Below, in pieces: positions 26,853 to 33,563 of a DNA stretch of 34,745 bases; positions within the stretch are counted from its first letter, which is position 1; each line of letters starts with the position of its first letter. The notes beneath the pieces are model-generated. The model worked only from the letters and a program-made list of their open reading frames with translations, did not search any database and was not told where the DNA came from. The DNA lies in IMG/VR virus record IMGVR_UViG_3300017747_000930, positions 1 through 34,745 of that record; one strand, 5' to 3'. Both the position numbers and the translations under genes were made by a program. Source of the stretch: a virus. Taxonomy: Duplodnaviria > Caudoviricetes.

Positions 26853-27141
26853 TTTGCATTCCTTCCTCAATAAAGCAAATATCGGCTTCTTGTATTAGCT
26901 GATATTTTTCGCCTTCATGTTCAATTAAAGGCCAATCAAGATAAGACCCATTTCCATACCGAACTTTGTCGCCTACCCTAGTTTCTACTGGTCTGCGGTT
27001 GCCTCGCTTGTCAAACTTGCCAGGCCCTACTGCGACCACTTCGCCCAAGTTAAACGCTTCGGTATTTCTGACAATCAAAATTTCGGATAGTTTCCGAACG
27101 TCTGGCTTGACCAGAATCCTATCTTGCATCGGCACAATCAT
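26839..27141 (-). CDS. groES: GroES-like co-chaperonin (Cpn10)
   Basis: PMQDRILVK, GEVVAVGPG, VGDKVRY, EGEKYQLIQEADI; ATGA coupling at 27138-27141. Confidence 0.92.
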   Translation of the reverse strand: MIVPMQDRILVKPDVRKLSEILIVRNTEAFNLGEVVAVGPGKFDKRGNRRPVETRVGDKVRYGNGSYLDWPLIEHEGEKYQLIQEADICFIEEGMQNEQH

Positions 27142-27353
27142 TTGTAATCGTCGCGTGTGTGTGTATAGCAAATGCCAGCGGTGCGACCAGTATTAAACAA
27201 CTTGTCTGAACCTACAGCATCCTCTTTACCCATAGCAACGCCACCAACACGTTTGCCCATGCGTTCACCCGACATATCAGCTTTCGCTGCACCCTTTGGT
27301 GGTGTAGCACCTGTGGTGCTTGGCACACCCTTCATACCGTCCATCTTGCCCAT
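27138..27353 (-). CDS. Small Gly/Lys-rich protein (71 aa)
   Basis: AAGGA RBS before ATG 27353; first gene after the promoter at 27384-27412. Confidence 0.7.
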   Translation of the reverse strand: MGKMDGMKGVPSTTGATPPKGAAKADMSGERMGKRVGGVAMGKEDAVGSDKLFNTGRTAGICYTHTRDDYK

Positions 27354-27383
27354 GATTTTTCCTTTGCAAAGAAAATAAAAAGT

Positions 27384-27412
27384 AGTATTAACCTGTCTTA
27401 ACGGAATGTCAA
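27384..27412 (-). promoter_or_regulatory. Promoter for the packaging/late operon with TTAA-N6-TTAA site
   Basis: Perfect TTGACA, then TTAAGACAGGTTAA overlapping a weak -10 (TAATAC or AATACT). Confidence 0.6.
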
Positions 27413-27427
27413 GCAGGTAACGCCATT

Positions 27428-27739
27428 CTATGATATATCGACAACCCTGCAAACATAGCGGTTGCTGGCGTTCTTTGCCCAACCATGCACTTCAATCCTA
27501 ATTCCCGCATCCCGAACTATTCCTACCGTTTCGGAATCCTGTATTTTCTTAATCCTAGCTAACACATTGCTAGTGCTAGTTACTTGCACCGCCAGCACTT
27601 CGCCCTTTCTTATAGCCAGAATGTCGCACCAGCCCCATAAATCCTGACGTATCTTCGCAAATGCGTTCCAACGCTCAACCACTACAGGCAAATAGCCCTG
27701 CTCTTTTAAAGCCGCTAAACTACGCTGGGTAGGAGTCAT
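27428..27739 (-). CDS. PD-(D/E)xK-type nuclease, Holliday junction resolvase-like
   Basis: LKEQGY...DLWGWCDILAIRKGEVLAVQVT. Confidence 0.7.
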   Translation of the reverse strand: MTPTQRSLAALKEQGYLPVVVERWNAFAKIRQDLWGWCDILAIRKGEVLAVQVTSTSNVLARIKKIQDSETVGIVRDAGIRIEVHGWAKNASNRYVCRVVDIS

Positions 27740-27998
27740 TTAGTAGTTCTGCTGTCCATGCTAAGAGTTCTTCCTCTGTCGTTTCGTGATACCTTTCCCA
27801 GCGTTTCCTGCCCATATTATGAATGCCAAAGCTCCAACGATGGTGCATAGGACAAAGACCAATAACAGGCGCATCATTACGTACACCGGCCCGCCGAATA
27901 TGATGTATTTCACAAGCCGTTCCTTCGTAACCTAATTTCTTGCATAGAATGCAACCTAAGTCAGCAACTCTGCTGTAATGCTTCTTATTTTTTGACAT
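27720..27998 (-). CDS. HNH-like Zn-binding nuclease (Ref/DUF968-like)
   Basis: GCILC...EIHH...LCPMHH...GIH. Confidence 0.75.
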   Translation of the reverse strand: MSKNKKHYSRVADLGCILCKKLGYEGTACEIHHIRRAGVRNDAPVIGLCPMHHRWSFGIHNMGRKRWERYHETTEEELLAWTAELLNDSYPA

Positions 27999-28146
27999 TT
28001 AATCGCTTTGTGCTGCATGGTGCGCATAGCCAACGCCTAGTTTTGCCATTGGCTGCAATCTTCCAATAACCGCCAACCGTTTTCTTAGTTAGCCCACAAT
28101 TGCTACAGTATCTTTCGCCGGTCGTGTTGTCTTTTGCCGGCTCCAT
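27985..28146 (-). CDS. Small CxxC...CxxC zinc-finger protein (53 aa)
   Basis: Manual translation MEPAKDNTTGERYCSNCGLTKKTVGGYWKIAANGKTRRWLCAPCSTKRLNVKK. Confidence 0.75.
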   Translation of the reverse strand: MEPAKDNTTGERYCSNCGLTKKTVGGYWKIAANGKTRRWLCAPCSTKRLNVKK

Positions 28147-28156
28147 TTCTTCAAAT

Positions 28157-28369
28157 TTATTCAATCTGTTCTCTTATTACTCGCACCGGTATATCTGTGC
28201 GTTCGTGAATTCGTAAAATAACTGCGTCAGAAACAGGCGCACCATGCCGCAGTTTGCTAATGGTTGGAATGCCTAATTGTAGCAAGTGGGCTAGTTCTCT
28301 GTCTGTGTGTAGATCAAGTTCACGACGTAAAAAATCTAGCAATCGGTTGTCAACGTGCGTCACTCTCAT
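28157..28369 (-). CDS. XRE-like HTH DNA-binding protein
   Basis: TDRELAHLLQLGIPTISKLRHG helix-turn-helix. Confidence 0.8.
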   Translation of the reverse strand: MRVTHVDNRLLDFLRRELDLHTDRELAHLLQLGIPTISKLRHGAPVSDAVILRIHERTDIPVRVIREQIE

Positions 28370-28698
28370 AATGAACCCTTTCTTCGGTTAGCTGATAACG
28401 TCTGCCAAATTTCTGTGATGCGTATTTCGTGCTGGCGTTTGTTATCCAAAATTTTGAACTGCTTATAGTTTTCTACCCATTCAGCCACCGCGCTTTCATA
28501 ACTTGGGCTGTCTATAGCTTGCGCTTCTCTTTCTGCCACCGTACCACTAGCAAGTAAAAATGAATGCGCCTTGGCCTGTTTAATGGCTTCTTCGCACCGT
28601 TTAACCTCGCCAGATAGTTCGGCATGTTCTTGGTCTGTCTTGCTCAAAAATATCAATGCTTTCTCAACCCGCGAATCGTTTAAGTTCTCAAGTTCCAT
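28366..28698 (-). CDS. Helical protein (110 aa), loosely UvsY-like
   Basis: GTVAEREAQA...Y...EIWQTLSANRRKG; ATG 28698 preferred over the longer call. Confidence 0.65.
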   Translation of the reverse strand: MELENLNDSRVEKALIFLSKTDQEHAELSGEVKRCEEAIKQAKAHSFLLASGTVAEREAQAIDSPSYESAVAEWVENYKQFKILDNKRQHEIRITEIWQTLSANRRKGSL

Positions 28699-28915
28699 CG
28701 CTGCCCCTTGTGCGAATAGCTGCGGCAATACCTTGCGGCGTTGCACGTAAACTACAATTGCTAACCATTTCAGCAATCGCTTCGCGCTCTGCTTTCGCAA
28801 CTAATTCTGCAAATTTTTCAATGTTTTCAGGCATCCAAACTTGATAACCATTTGTTACGGTTGTAATTAATAAATTTGATTCAACAATAAGTTTGTTAAT
28901 TTCTTCTTTAGTCAT
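28688..28915 (-). CDS. Hypothetical protein
   Basis: MTKEEI...FAELVAKAEREAIA...IAAAIRTRG; ATGA coupling. Confidence 0.75.
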   Translation of the reverse strand: MTKEEINKLIVESNLLITTVTNGYQVWMPENIEKFAELVAKAEREAIAEMVSNCSLRATPQGIAAAIRTRGSDGT

Positions 28916-29106
28916 CGCCAATCCCCTTCATTTCCTCGATTACCTTTGTTCCATTGTTCTCGCGCATCTTTTTCTAATTTGTCGGTGCTTCGCCACTTCT
29001 TTACTTGTTCCAAATAATCAAGCATTGGTTGCCTACCTTTTACCCGCAACTGCAATACATACCTAACCTCACATTGATGCCTAAATTCTTCAGACGAATT
29101 CGGCAC
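28912..29106 (-). CDS. Hypothetical protein (64 aa)
   Basis: GGAG RBS; GTG directly follows the TAA of ORF 29107..30045. Confidence 0.75.
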   Translation of the reverse strand: MPNSSEEFRHQCEVRYVLQLRVKGRQPMLDYLEQVKKWRSTDKLEKDAREQWNKGNRGNEGDWR

Positions 29107-30049
29107 TTAAGATTCTCCATGCTTCTGCTGCACACAATGGAACTTGTCCGTTTCCAATGGCTTTAAGTCTGTCCACCCTAGCGGCCACCCCATCAGCCAC
29201 TCGACCCACGTTGGGTTCAATGTGCCACCAATCGGCTTCTGTTCCATATGTTGAATTGCATTCGGCAATTGCCCCATGTGCGCCCTCAGCCCTTGTTCCA
29301 TTTTCTTTGTTGTTGTCTCGAATCCGTTCGCTCCCTTGTAATCTCTCATTGTTGGGGTTGGCCAATTTCTCTGACCGACTATTGTTTCTAAATTTGGATT
29401 GCGTTTTTTGTTCCATGCTGATTCTTGCGTTATCGTCGCCGCCATTGCTGAACAACTTCTTGGAGTTGTCCAATTCTCTTTTTTCTTTTTCAATGCTTTT
29501 CTGCTGTTGCTCCCACCGTCCAATCCTGTTGTGTTGGGCGTGTGAAAGCTGTCCACGCCATTTGGCGACAATCCAGATTCGGTTCCTTTGATGGTTTGCT
29601 CCAACGTCTGCCGCTCCCAACACTCCCCATTGCGCATCAAACCCCATTGAGGCCAAGTCTCCAAGAACTCGTCCAAGTCCCCTAGAAGTGAGCATTGGTG
29701 AGTTTTCCACGAACACGAACTTTGGTCGTATTTCGTGAATGACCCTTGCCATTTCTGCCCACATTCCTGATCGCTCTCCGTCAATTCCTGCGCCCTTTCC
29801 TGCTGCGCTAATGTCTTGGCATGGAAACCCGCCAGATACAACGTCAACAATTCCGCGCCAAGGTCGTCCGTCAAAGGTTTGAACGTCATCCCAAATCGGG
29901 AAACTCTCAAGAAATCCTTCATTTTGTCTTGCGGCAAGTACGCTTGCGGGATAGGGTTCCCATTCAACTGCGCAGACGGTTCGCCATCCAAGCATTTTGC
30001 CCCCAAGTATTCCTCCACCAGCACCCGCGAAAAGAGCCAACTCATTCAT
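29090..30049 (-). CDS. C5-cytosine DNA methyltransferase, catalytic (alpha) polypeptide
   Basis: Motif I LFAGAGG, IV GGFPCQD, VI FVENS, VIII HQRNRIW, X RLKAIGNGQV; no clear motif IX. Confidence 0.93.
   Translation of the reverse strand: MNELALFAGAGGGILGGKMLGWRTVCAVEWEPYPASVLAARQNEGFLESFPIWDDVQTFDGRPWRGIVDVVSGGFPCQDISAAGKGAGIDGERSGMWAEMARVIHEIRPKFVFVENSPMLTSRGLGRVLGDLASMGFDAQWGVLGAADVGANHQRNRIWIVAKWRGQLSHAQHNRIGRWEQQQKSIEKEKRELDNSKKLFSNGGDDNARISMEQKTQSKFRNNSRSEKLANPNNERLQGSERIRDNNKENGTRAEGAHGAIAECNSTYGTEADWWHIEPNVGRVADGVAARVDRLKAIGNGQVPLCAAEAWRILSAEFV
29107..30045 (-). CDS. Overlapping alternative-frame (beta) polypeptide of the methyltransferase
   Basis: 312 stop-free codons; motif IX-like LNPTWVEWLMGWPLGWT; three WxTP-like repeats; start and stop both abut neighbouring genes. 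Confidence 0.8.
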   Translation of the reverse strand: MSWLFSRVLVEEYLGAKCLDGEPSAQLNGNPIPQAYLPQDKMKDFLRVSRFGMTFKPLTDDLGAELLTLYLAGFHAKTLAQQERAQELTESDQECGQKWQGSFTKYDQSSCSWKTHQCSLLGDLDEFLETWPQWGLMRNGECWERQTLEQTIKGTESGLSPNGVDSFHTPNTTGLDGGSNSRKALKKKKENWTTPRSCSAMAATITQESAWNKKRNPNLETIVGQRNWPTPTMRDYKGANGFETTTKKMEQGLRAHMGQLPNAIQHMEQKPIGGTLNPTWVEWLMGWPLGWTDLKPLETDKFHCVQQKHGES

Positions 30050-30414
30050 GCCACCTGCCTTATCTTCTCTGCAATACGTTTGCGCAACTCGCTGAAGCTT
30101 TCGCCTGGTAGCGGATTAACCCCAACTTCCCTAGCTTTTGCCATAGTTAATTGTTCGTCGCTATACCAAGGCAACGCTGGCGGTTTCTTTTCCTGCATGT
30201 CTAATTCATCTTCCCAACGGCCTTGGTTTAACCAAGTGCTTGCATGCGGAATAAACTCTGTGCCCGTCTCTTTAAGCTTCCAGTATTTAATATGCACCGG
30301 CAAAGCTTCAAACGCAGCTTCTTGCTCGTCTTTAGTCATGCGTTCCCAAATCTTTTGAGCAACACGCTTACTTACCTTTCTTGGGTATAGCTTCCAGAAT
30401 TCGTCAAAAACCAT
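30046..30414 (-). CDS. Replication-initiator C-terminal-domain-like protein (122 aa)
   Basis: FDEFWKLYPRKVSK..A...W and FIPHASTWLNQGRWEDE motifs; no N-terminal HTH. Confidence 0.7.
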   Translation of the reverse strand: MVFDEFWKLYPRKVSKRVAQKIWERMTKDEQEAAFEALPVHIKYWKLKETGTEFIPHASTWLNQGRWEDELDMQEKKPPALPWYSDEQLTMAKAREVGVNPLPGESFSELRKRIAEKIRQVA

Positions 30415-30637
30415 TTTTTTCTTTCAGTAATTGCTCTGTTTTTTTAATGTTGACTAAATCAGGTCTGCCGCAATCCAATATGTTTTTTATCTCGTCATCC
30501 GTCAGCCCTACCCATTCGCGTTTTGTGTAAAGCGGAATCTTTTCCATCTTCACTACTGTCGGCGTTTCCCATCGCGTAGGTTTTGCCCATTCAAGTTTAC
30601 GTTCTTCGACGTTGATATTTGCTACTGGCTCGTTCAT
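30404..30637 (-). CDS. Hypothetical protein
   Basis: GGAGG RBS; PLYTKREWVGLTDDEI motif. Confidence 0.8.
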   Translation of the reverse strand: MNEPVANINVEERKLEWAKPTRWETPTVVKMEKIPLYTKREWVGLTDDEIKNILDCGRPDLVNIKKTEQLLKEKNGF

Positions 30638-30654
30638 ATTTCCTCCCGCTTAAT

Positions 30655-30684
30655 ATTATTAAGGCTGCTTAATCTTTACGTCAA
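30655..30684 (-). promoter_or_regulatory. Promoter for the replication/methyltransferase operon with TTAA-N6-TTAA site
   Basis: TTGACG-TAAAGATTAAGCAGCCT-TAATAAT. Confidence 0.65.
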
Positions 30685-30719
30685 GCATTTTCTTAACTTA
30701 CTTTTATTTATTTTTGTTT

Positions 30720-30997
30720 CAGGCATAGGACAAGACAATTAGGTGGTACTCACCCAATTTAGCCACCTGCTTCAGTAAAGTCGTAAAGTAAAGTCTTGCA
30801 AGCTACTTGTCCCGAAGGATTGTGTTTGATTTCCAGAGGGACGAATTCGGTTCGCCTAGCCGCCACACCACCATTATTCCTCTGTTCCTGAAGTCCCCAC
30901 AATAAGGCTTCGCGCTGTCTTGTCAGTAGGCGCACAGGTTTTCTTGGTAGCCGCCCCTGCAAGGCGCATTGCTTCGTGACCAGTACGGTCTAAACGC
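30720..30997 (-). other. Structured non-coding segment (3' part of an RNA and/or origin)
   Basis: 9-bp long-range inverted repeat, cUUCGg hairpin, several short hairpins and direct repeats; no convincing gene. Confidence 0.45.
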
Positions 30998-31103
30998 AAA
31001 AAAGCCCTTTAGTCTTGGCTCTCTGCGTGTGTGCGCACGTTCCCTTGCGGGTAGAGAACCAAAGCTGAAGGGCTTTGGAGTTTGTCAATGCGCACACATA
31101 GAC
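30998..31103 (-). ncRNA. Putative ~105-nt structured RNA with kissing loops (family not recognised)
   Basis: Promoter upstream; hairpin with UGUGCG loop; 24-bp stem enclosing a GCAA tetraloop hairpin and a CGCACA-loop hairpin; U-tract at the end. Confidence 0.65.
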
Positions 31104-31109
31104 AATTTG

Positions 31110-31138
31110 AATATAACTGTCTTTGTGTTTGCTTGCAA
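31110..31138 (-). promoter_or_regulatory. Sigma70-like promoter for the putative ncRNA
   Basis: TTGCAA-17 bp-TATATT; +1 predicted at about G31103. Confidence 0.65.
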
Positions 31139-31139
31139 G

Positions 31140-31172
31140 AAAAAAATGCCCCAATGGTCGAAATTAGGGCAT
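31140..31172 (-). terminator. Intrinsic terminator after the cro-like gene
   Basis: ATGCCCTAAT-TTCGACC-ATTGGGGCAT then a T-tract on the minus strand. Confidence 0.75.
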
Positions 31173-31229
31173 AAGCCGCCGAAGGAAGCGGTGCGAGAAA
31201 TTAATACTAGTACACTAGCACTATTTGCA

Positions 31230-31466
31230 TCATTTAGTGCGTTTTAGTGAAATTTCAGGCCAAATCCACGCATACATAGCTGGAAACATAGCTTTTCTGG
31301 TCATTAGACCTTCGCTTTTTTCCTCAATCATTGCAGCCAGATAAACCTTTTTATCGTCTGGAATGCCGTTTTTACGCCACACGCATACAGCCGGTGGGCT
31401 TATTCCAAGCCGTTTAGCTATAGCCGTTGGGCCACCTAACATATCAATTATCTGAGAATCATTCAT
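31230..31466 (-). CDS. Cro-like HTH regulator
   Basis: IIDMLGGPTAIAKRLGISPPAVCVWRKNGIP. Confidence 0.85.
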   Translation of the reverse strand: MNDSQIIDMLGGPTAIAKRLGISPPAVCVWRKNGIPDDKKVYLAAMIEEKSEGLMTRKAMFPAMYAWIWPEISLKRTK

Positions 31467-31518
31467 TAACGTAGATTAACAAATAATGTTTGACAGGTCA
31501 ATTAATCTAGCTTAATCT
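31466..31518. promoter_or_regulatory. Divergent overlapping promoter pair with two TTAA-N6-TTAA operators
   Basis: Rightward TTGACA(31490)-17-TAATCT; leftward TTGACC(31501)-17-TAATCT; operators at 31466-31479 and 31502-31515. Confidence 0.8.
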
Positions 31519-31563
31519 GTTTCCTGTCGTGAATTTACGGCAAACATCTAGGAGACTTTACTC

Positions 31564-31737
31564 ATGAACGCTCAGAAATTATTAAATGACGAAGTAGAAG
31601 AACGACTTGAACAAGTTCTTTGGAAAATCGAAAAGCTGCTAGAACCCGACGAAATAAGCTTGATTCGCTGGGCTTGTGGCAAAACATCATACTCAACTAA
31701 GGATAACAAAAATGTTAATTTCAACGACTCAATCTAA
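31564..31737 (+). CDS. Small hypothetical protein (57 aa)
   Basis: AGGAG RBS; manual translation MNAQKLLNDEVEERLEQVLWKIEKLLEPDEISLIRWACGK... Confidence 0.75.
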   Translation: MNAQKLLNDEVEERLEQVLWKIEKLLEPDEISLIRWACGKTSYSTKDNKNVNFNDSI

Positions 31738-32338
31738 TAGCACCAAAGAATTTAAAAATGCACCGCCTGGTTCTCATTTAGGCAGACTTTACGAGATTGT
31801 TGACCTTGGAACCCAACAAGGCGAATGGGAAGGTAAAGCCACCTACGCTCGTAAAATGATCTTTTACTTTGAGTTACATGGCGAGGATGACAAAGGTTTA
31901 CCGCTTGTCAATGACGATGGCAAGCCGCTGATCGTTACCAAATACTACAACGCAAGCCTTGGCGAAAAGGCCACGCTGCGTAAGCACTTGCAAACATGGT
32001 TAAACCTAGACTTTAACAAAATGCCTGAAGGTTTTGACCTTGAAAAACTCTTAGGCAAGTTTGCAATGATTAACGTCACCACCTATCAAAAAGACGGTAA
32101 AACTCGCGCTTCAGTTGAGGGTTTGTCTGCCGTACCTGCGATTGTTGTTAAACATGGCTTGCCAGAAGGTTTCAACGAAATATCTATGTTTACCCTTAAT
32201 AAGTTTGACAGCGCAAAGTTTGACGCTTTGTCTGACGGGATTAAGAAAATGATTATGAGTTCGCCGGAGTATCGTGCGCTTACCCAACAACCAGAATCAT
32301 CATCAGACGATCTTGGCAACGACGATATACCTTTCTAA
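31712..32338 (+). CDS. Probable single-stranded DNA-binding protein
   Basis: PPGSH.GR..IVDLGTQ, SLGEKATLRK.L..W, acidic tail ending DDIPF like SSB C-termini; AAGGA RBS before ATG 31712. Confidence 0.75.
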   Translation: MLISTTQSNSTKEFKNAPPGSHLGRLYEIVDLGTQQGEWEGKATYARKMIFYFELHGEDDKGLPLVNDDGKPLIVTKYYNASLGEKATLRKHLQTWLNLDFNKMPEGFDLEKLLGKFAMINVTTYQKDGKTRASVEGLSAVPAIVVKHGLPEGFNEISMFTLNKFDSAKFDALSDGIKKMIMSSPEYRALTQQPESSSDDLGNDDIPF

Positions 32339-32341
32339 GGA

Positions 32342-32593
32342 ATGACCATGAACTGCAAAGATTGTAGATTTTGGCAAAACGATGGTCATTTCGGTGCGTG
32401 TAAACGCTACCCAATGCCACAAACAAAAGCAGCCGGAGATTGGTGCGGCGAGTTTAAGCAAATGTCTATTCCGCTTCCTGTAGTGACAGAAGAAGAACTG
32501 AAGAAATTTGCCCCTGCCATAACCATTGATGAAGTTGGCGCAATGATGAAAGCAGAAACTAAGCGAGGTCGCCCCGCAAAGGATAAATCATGA
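32342..32593 (+). CDS. Small Cys-rich protein with C-terminal KRGRP (AT-hook-like) motif
   Basis: CKDCRFW...C.RYP...DWCGEF. Confidence 0.75.
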   Translation: MTMNCKDCRFWQNDGHFGACKRYPMPQTKAAGDWCGEFKQMSIPLPVVTEEELKKFAPAITIDEVGAMMKAETKRGRPAKDKS

Positions 32594-32799
32594 AAGCATT
32601 CCCAACCCACCGCGCCGAAGGCATGGAATTAGTAGATTACTTTGCCGCCCAAGCCCTGCCTTTAGCAATGGAGCAACTGCGCCATAACTATTCCGTAGAA
32701 ATGGGCAAAAAATGGTCTTGGAACATTAACGATGCAGAAGAAATTGCGGCTATGGCTTATGCCTTGGCTTACGCAATGATGCTTGAAAGGGACGAATAA
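32590..32799 (+). CDS. Hypothetical protein (DYFAA family)
   Basis: AFP...GMELVDYFAAQAL...AYALAYAMMLER; ATGA coupling. Confidence 0.8.
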   Translation: MKAFPTHRAEGMELVDYFAAQALPLAMEQLRHNYSVEMGKKWSWNINDAEEIAAMAYALAYAMMLERDE

Positions 32800-33512
32800 T
32801 GGCTGGTCATTGGTATCGTAAAAGCGATGGAAGTCCTATGTACACAGTCATAGGCAAAAACGGTAAAGAACGCGACACAACGCTGCGCGACGCTAGGGAA
32901 CATGATTTAGTGCCTTCGGTTACTACGATTATGCGGGTTGCGGCAGCACCAGGCCTTGATCTGTGGAAGCAACAGCAAGTTCTAAAAGCTGCCATTAGCG
33001 TCCCACGTTTGGAAGGCGAGAACGAAGCTGATTGGTTCAGCCGGATTATGCAGACAAGCAAAGAAACGTCTGCTGAGGCTGCTGATCGCGGTACAGACAT
33101 GCACAACGTGATTGAAGATTATTTCAACAAACGTCAGCGTGAATATCCAGACTTTGCCAAAGAAACCTATTTTGCTGTTGTTAAGGAATTTGGTAGCCAG
33201 AACTGGGTTACTGAAAAGTCTTTTGCAGCCGATGGTTTTGGCGGCAAGGTTGATCTACATTGTGAAGATATTGTGATCGACTTTAAGACCAAAGAAGTCG
33301 TTGACGAAAAGACCGCAGCCTATGATGAACAACTAATGCAATTAGCAGCCTATCGAGTTGGTTTAGGGCTTCCAAACGCGCTTTGTGCCAACGTCTATGT
33401 TGACCTACAAGGCAACGTCAAGATCATCAAGCACGACGAATCAGACATACAGAAGGCCTGGCTAATGTTTAGCCACCTGCTTGCCTTCTATCGCGTCAAA
33501 AACAACATCTAG
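32799..33512 (+). CDS. PD-(D/E)xK exonuclease (RecB/Cas4-like superfamily)
   Basis: PSVTTI, RGTDMH, E...GGKVDL...IDFKT, QLAAY. Confidence 0.85.
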   Translation: MAGHWYRKSDGSPMYTVIGKNGKERDTTLRDAREHDLVPSVTTIMRVAAAPGLDLWKQQQVLKAAISVPRLEGENEADWFSRIMQTSKETSAEAADRGTDMHNVIEDYFNKRQREYPDFAKETYFAVVKEFGSQNWVTEKSFAADGFGGKVDLHCEDIVIDFKTKEVVDEKTAAYDEQLMQLAAYRVGLGLPNALCANVYVDLQGNVKIIKHDESDIQKAWLMFSHLLAFYRVKNNI

Positions 33513-33521
33513 TTCCCCTTG

Positions 33522-33563
33522 GAAGGCTGGCTCTAACAAGCGTGCGGCTGGCCTTCTTTTTTT
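33522..33563 (+). terminator. Intrinsic terminator after the exonuclease
   Basis: GAAGGCTGGC/GCTGGCCTTC stem then T7. Confidence 0.65.

Noticed and set aside
29157-30358. Antisense ORFs 29157..29591, 29816..30358 and 29821..30111 as further overlapping genes
   Set aside because: No RBS, promoter or recognisable motif. They are plausibly shadows of a region already constrained in two frames.
30720-31230. tRNA, tmRNA or self-splicing intron in the non-coding region
   Set aside because: I found no T-loop GTTC/cloverleaf, CCA end or group I/II core, and no interrupted host gene.
30759-31247. ORFs 30759..30962 (-) and 30969..31247 (+) as genes
   Set aside because: Both have TTG starts without an SD and no motifs, and they run through strong hairpins, a promoter or a terminator. 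A non-coding explanation fits better, though the minus ORF is not fully excluded.
31230-31737. Classical CI/Cro lysogeny module
   Set aside because: There is no CI-like repressor with a peptidase domain, no integrase and no partition genes anywhere in the genome.
785-31792. GACTTTAC 8-mers inside coding regions (785, 25365, 31785) as regulatory sites
   Set aside because: They are shorter matches, not at translation starts, and compatible with chance.
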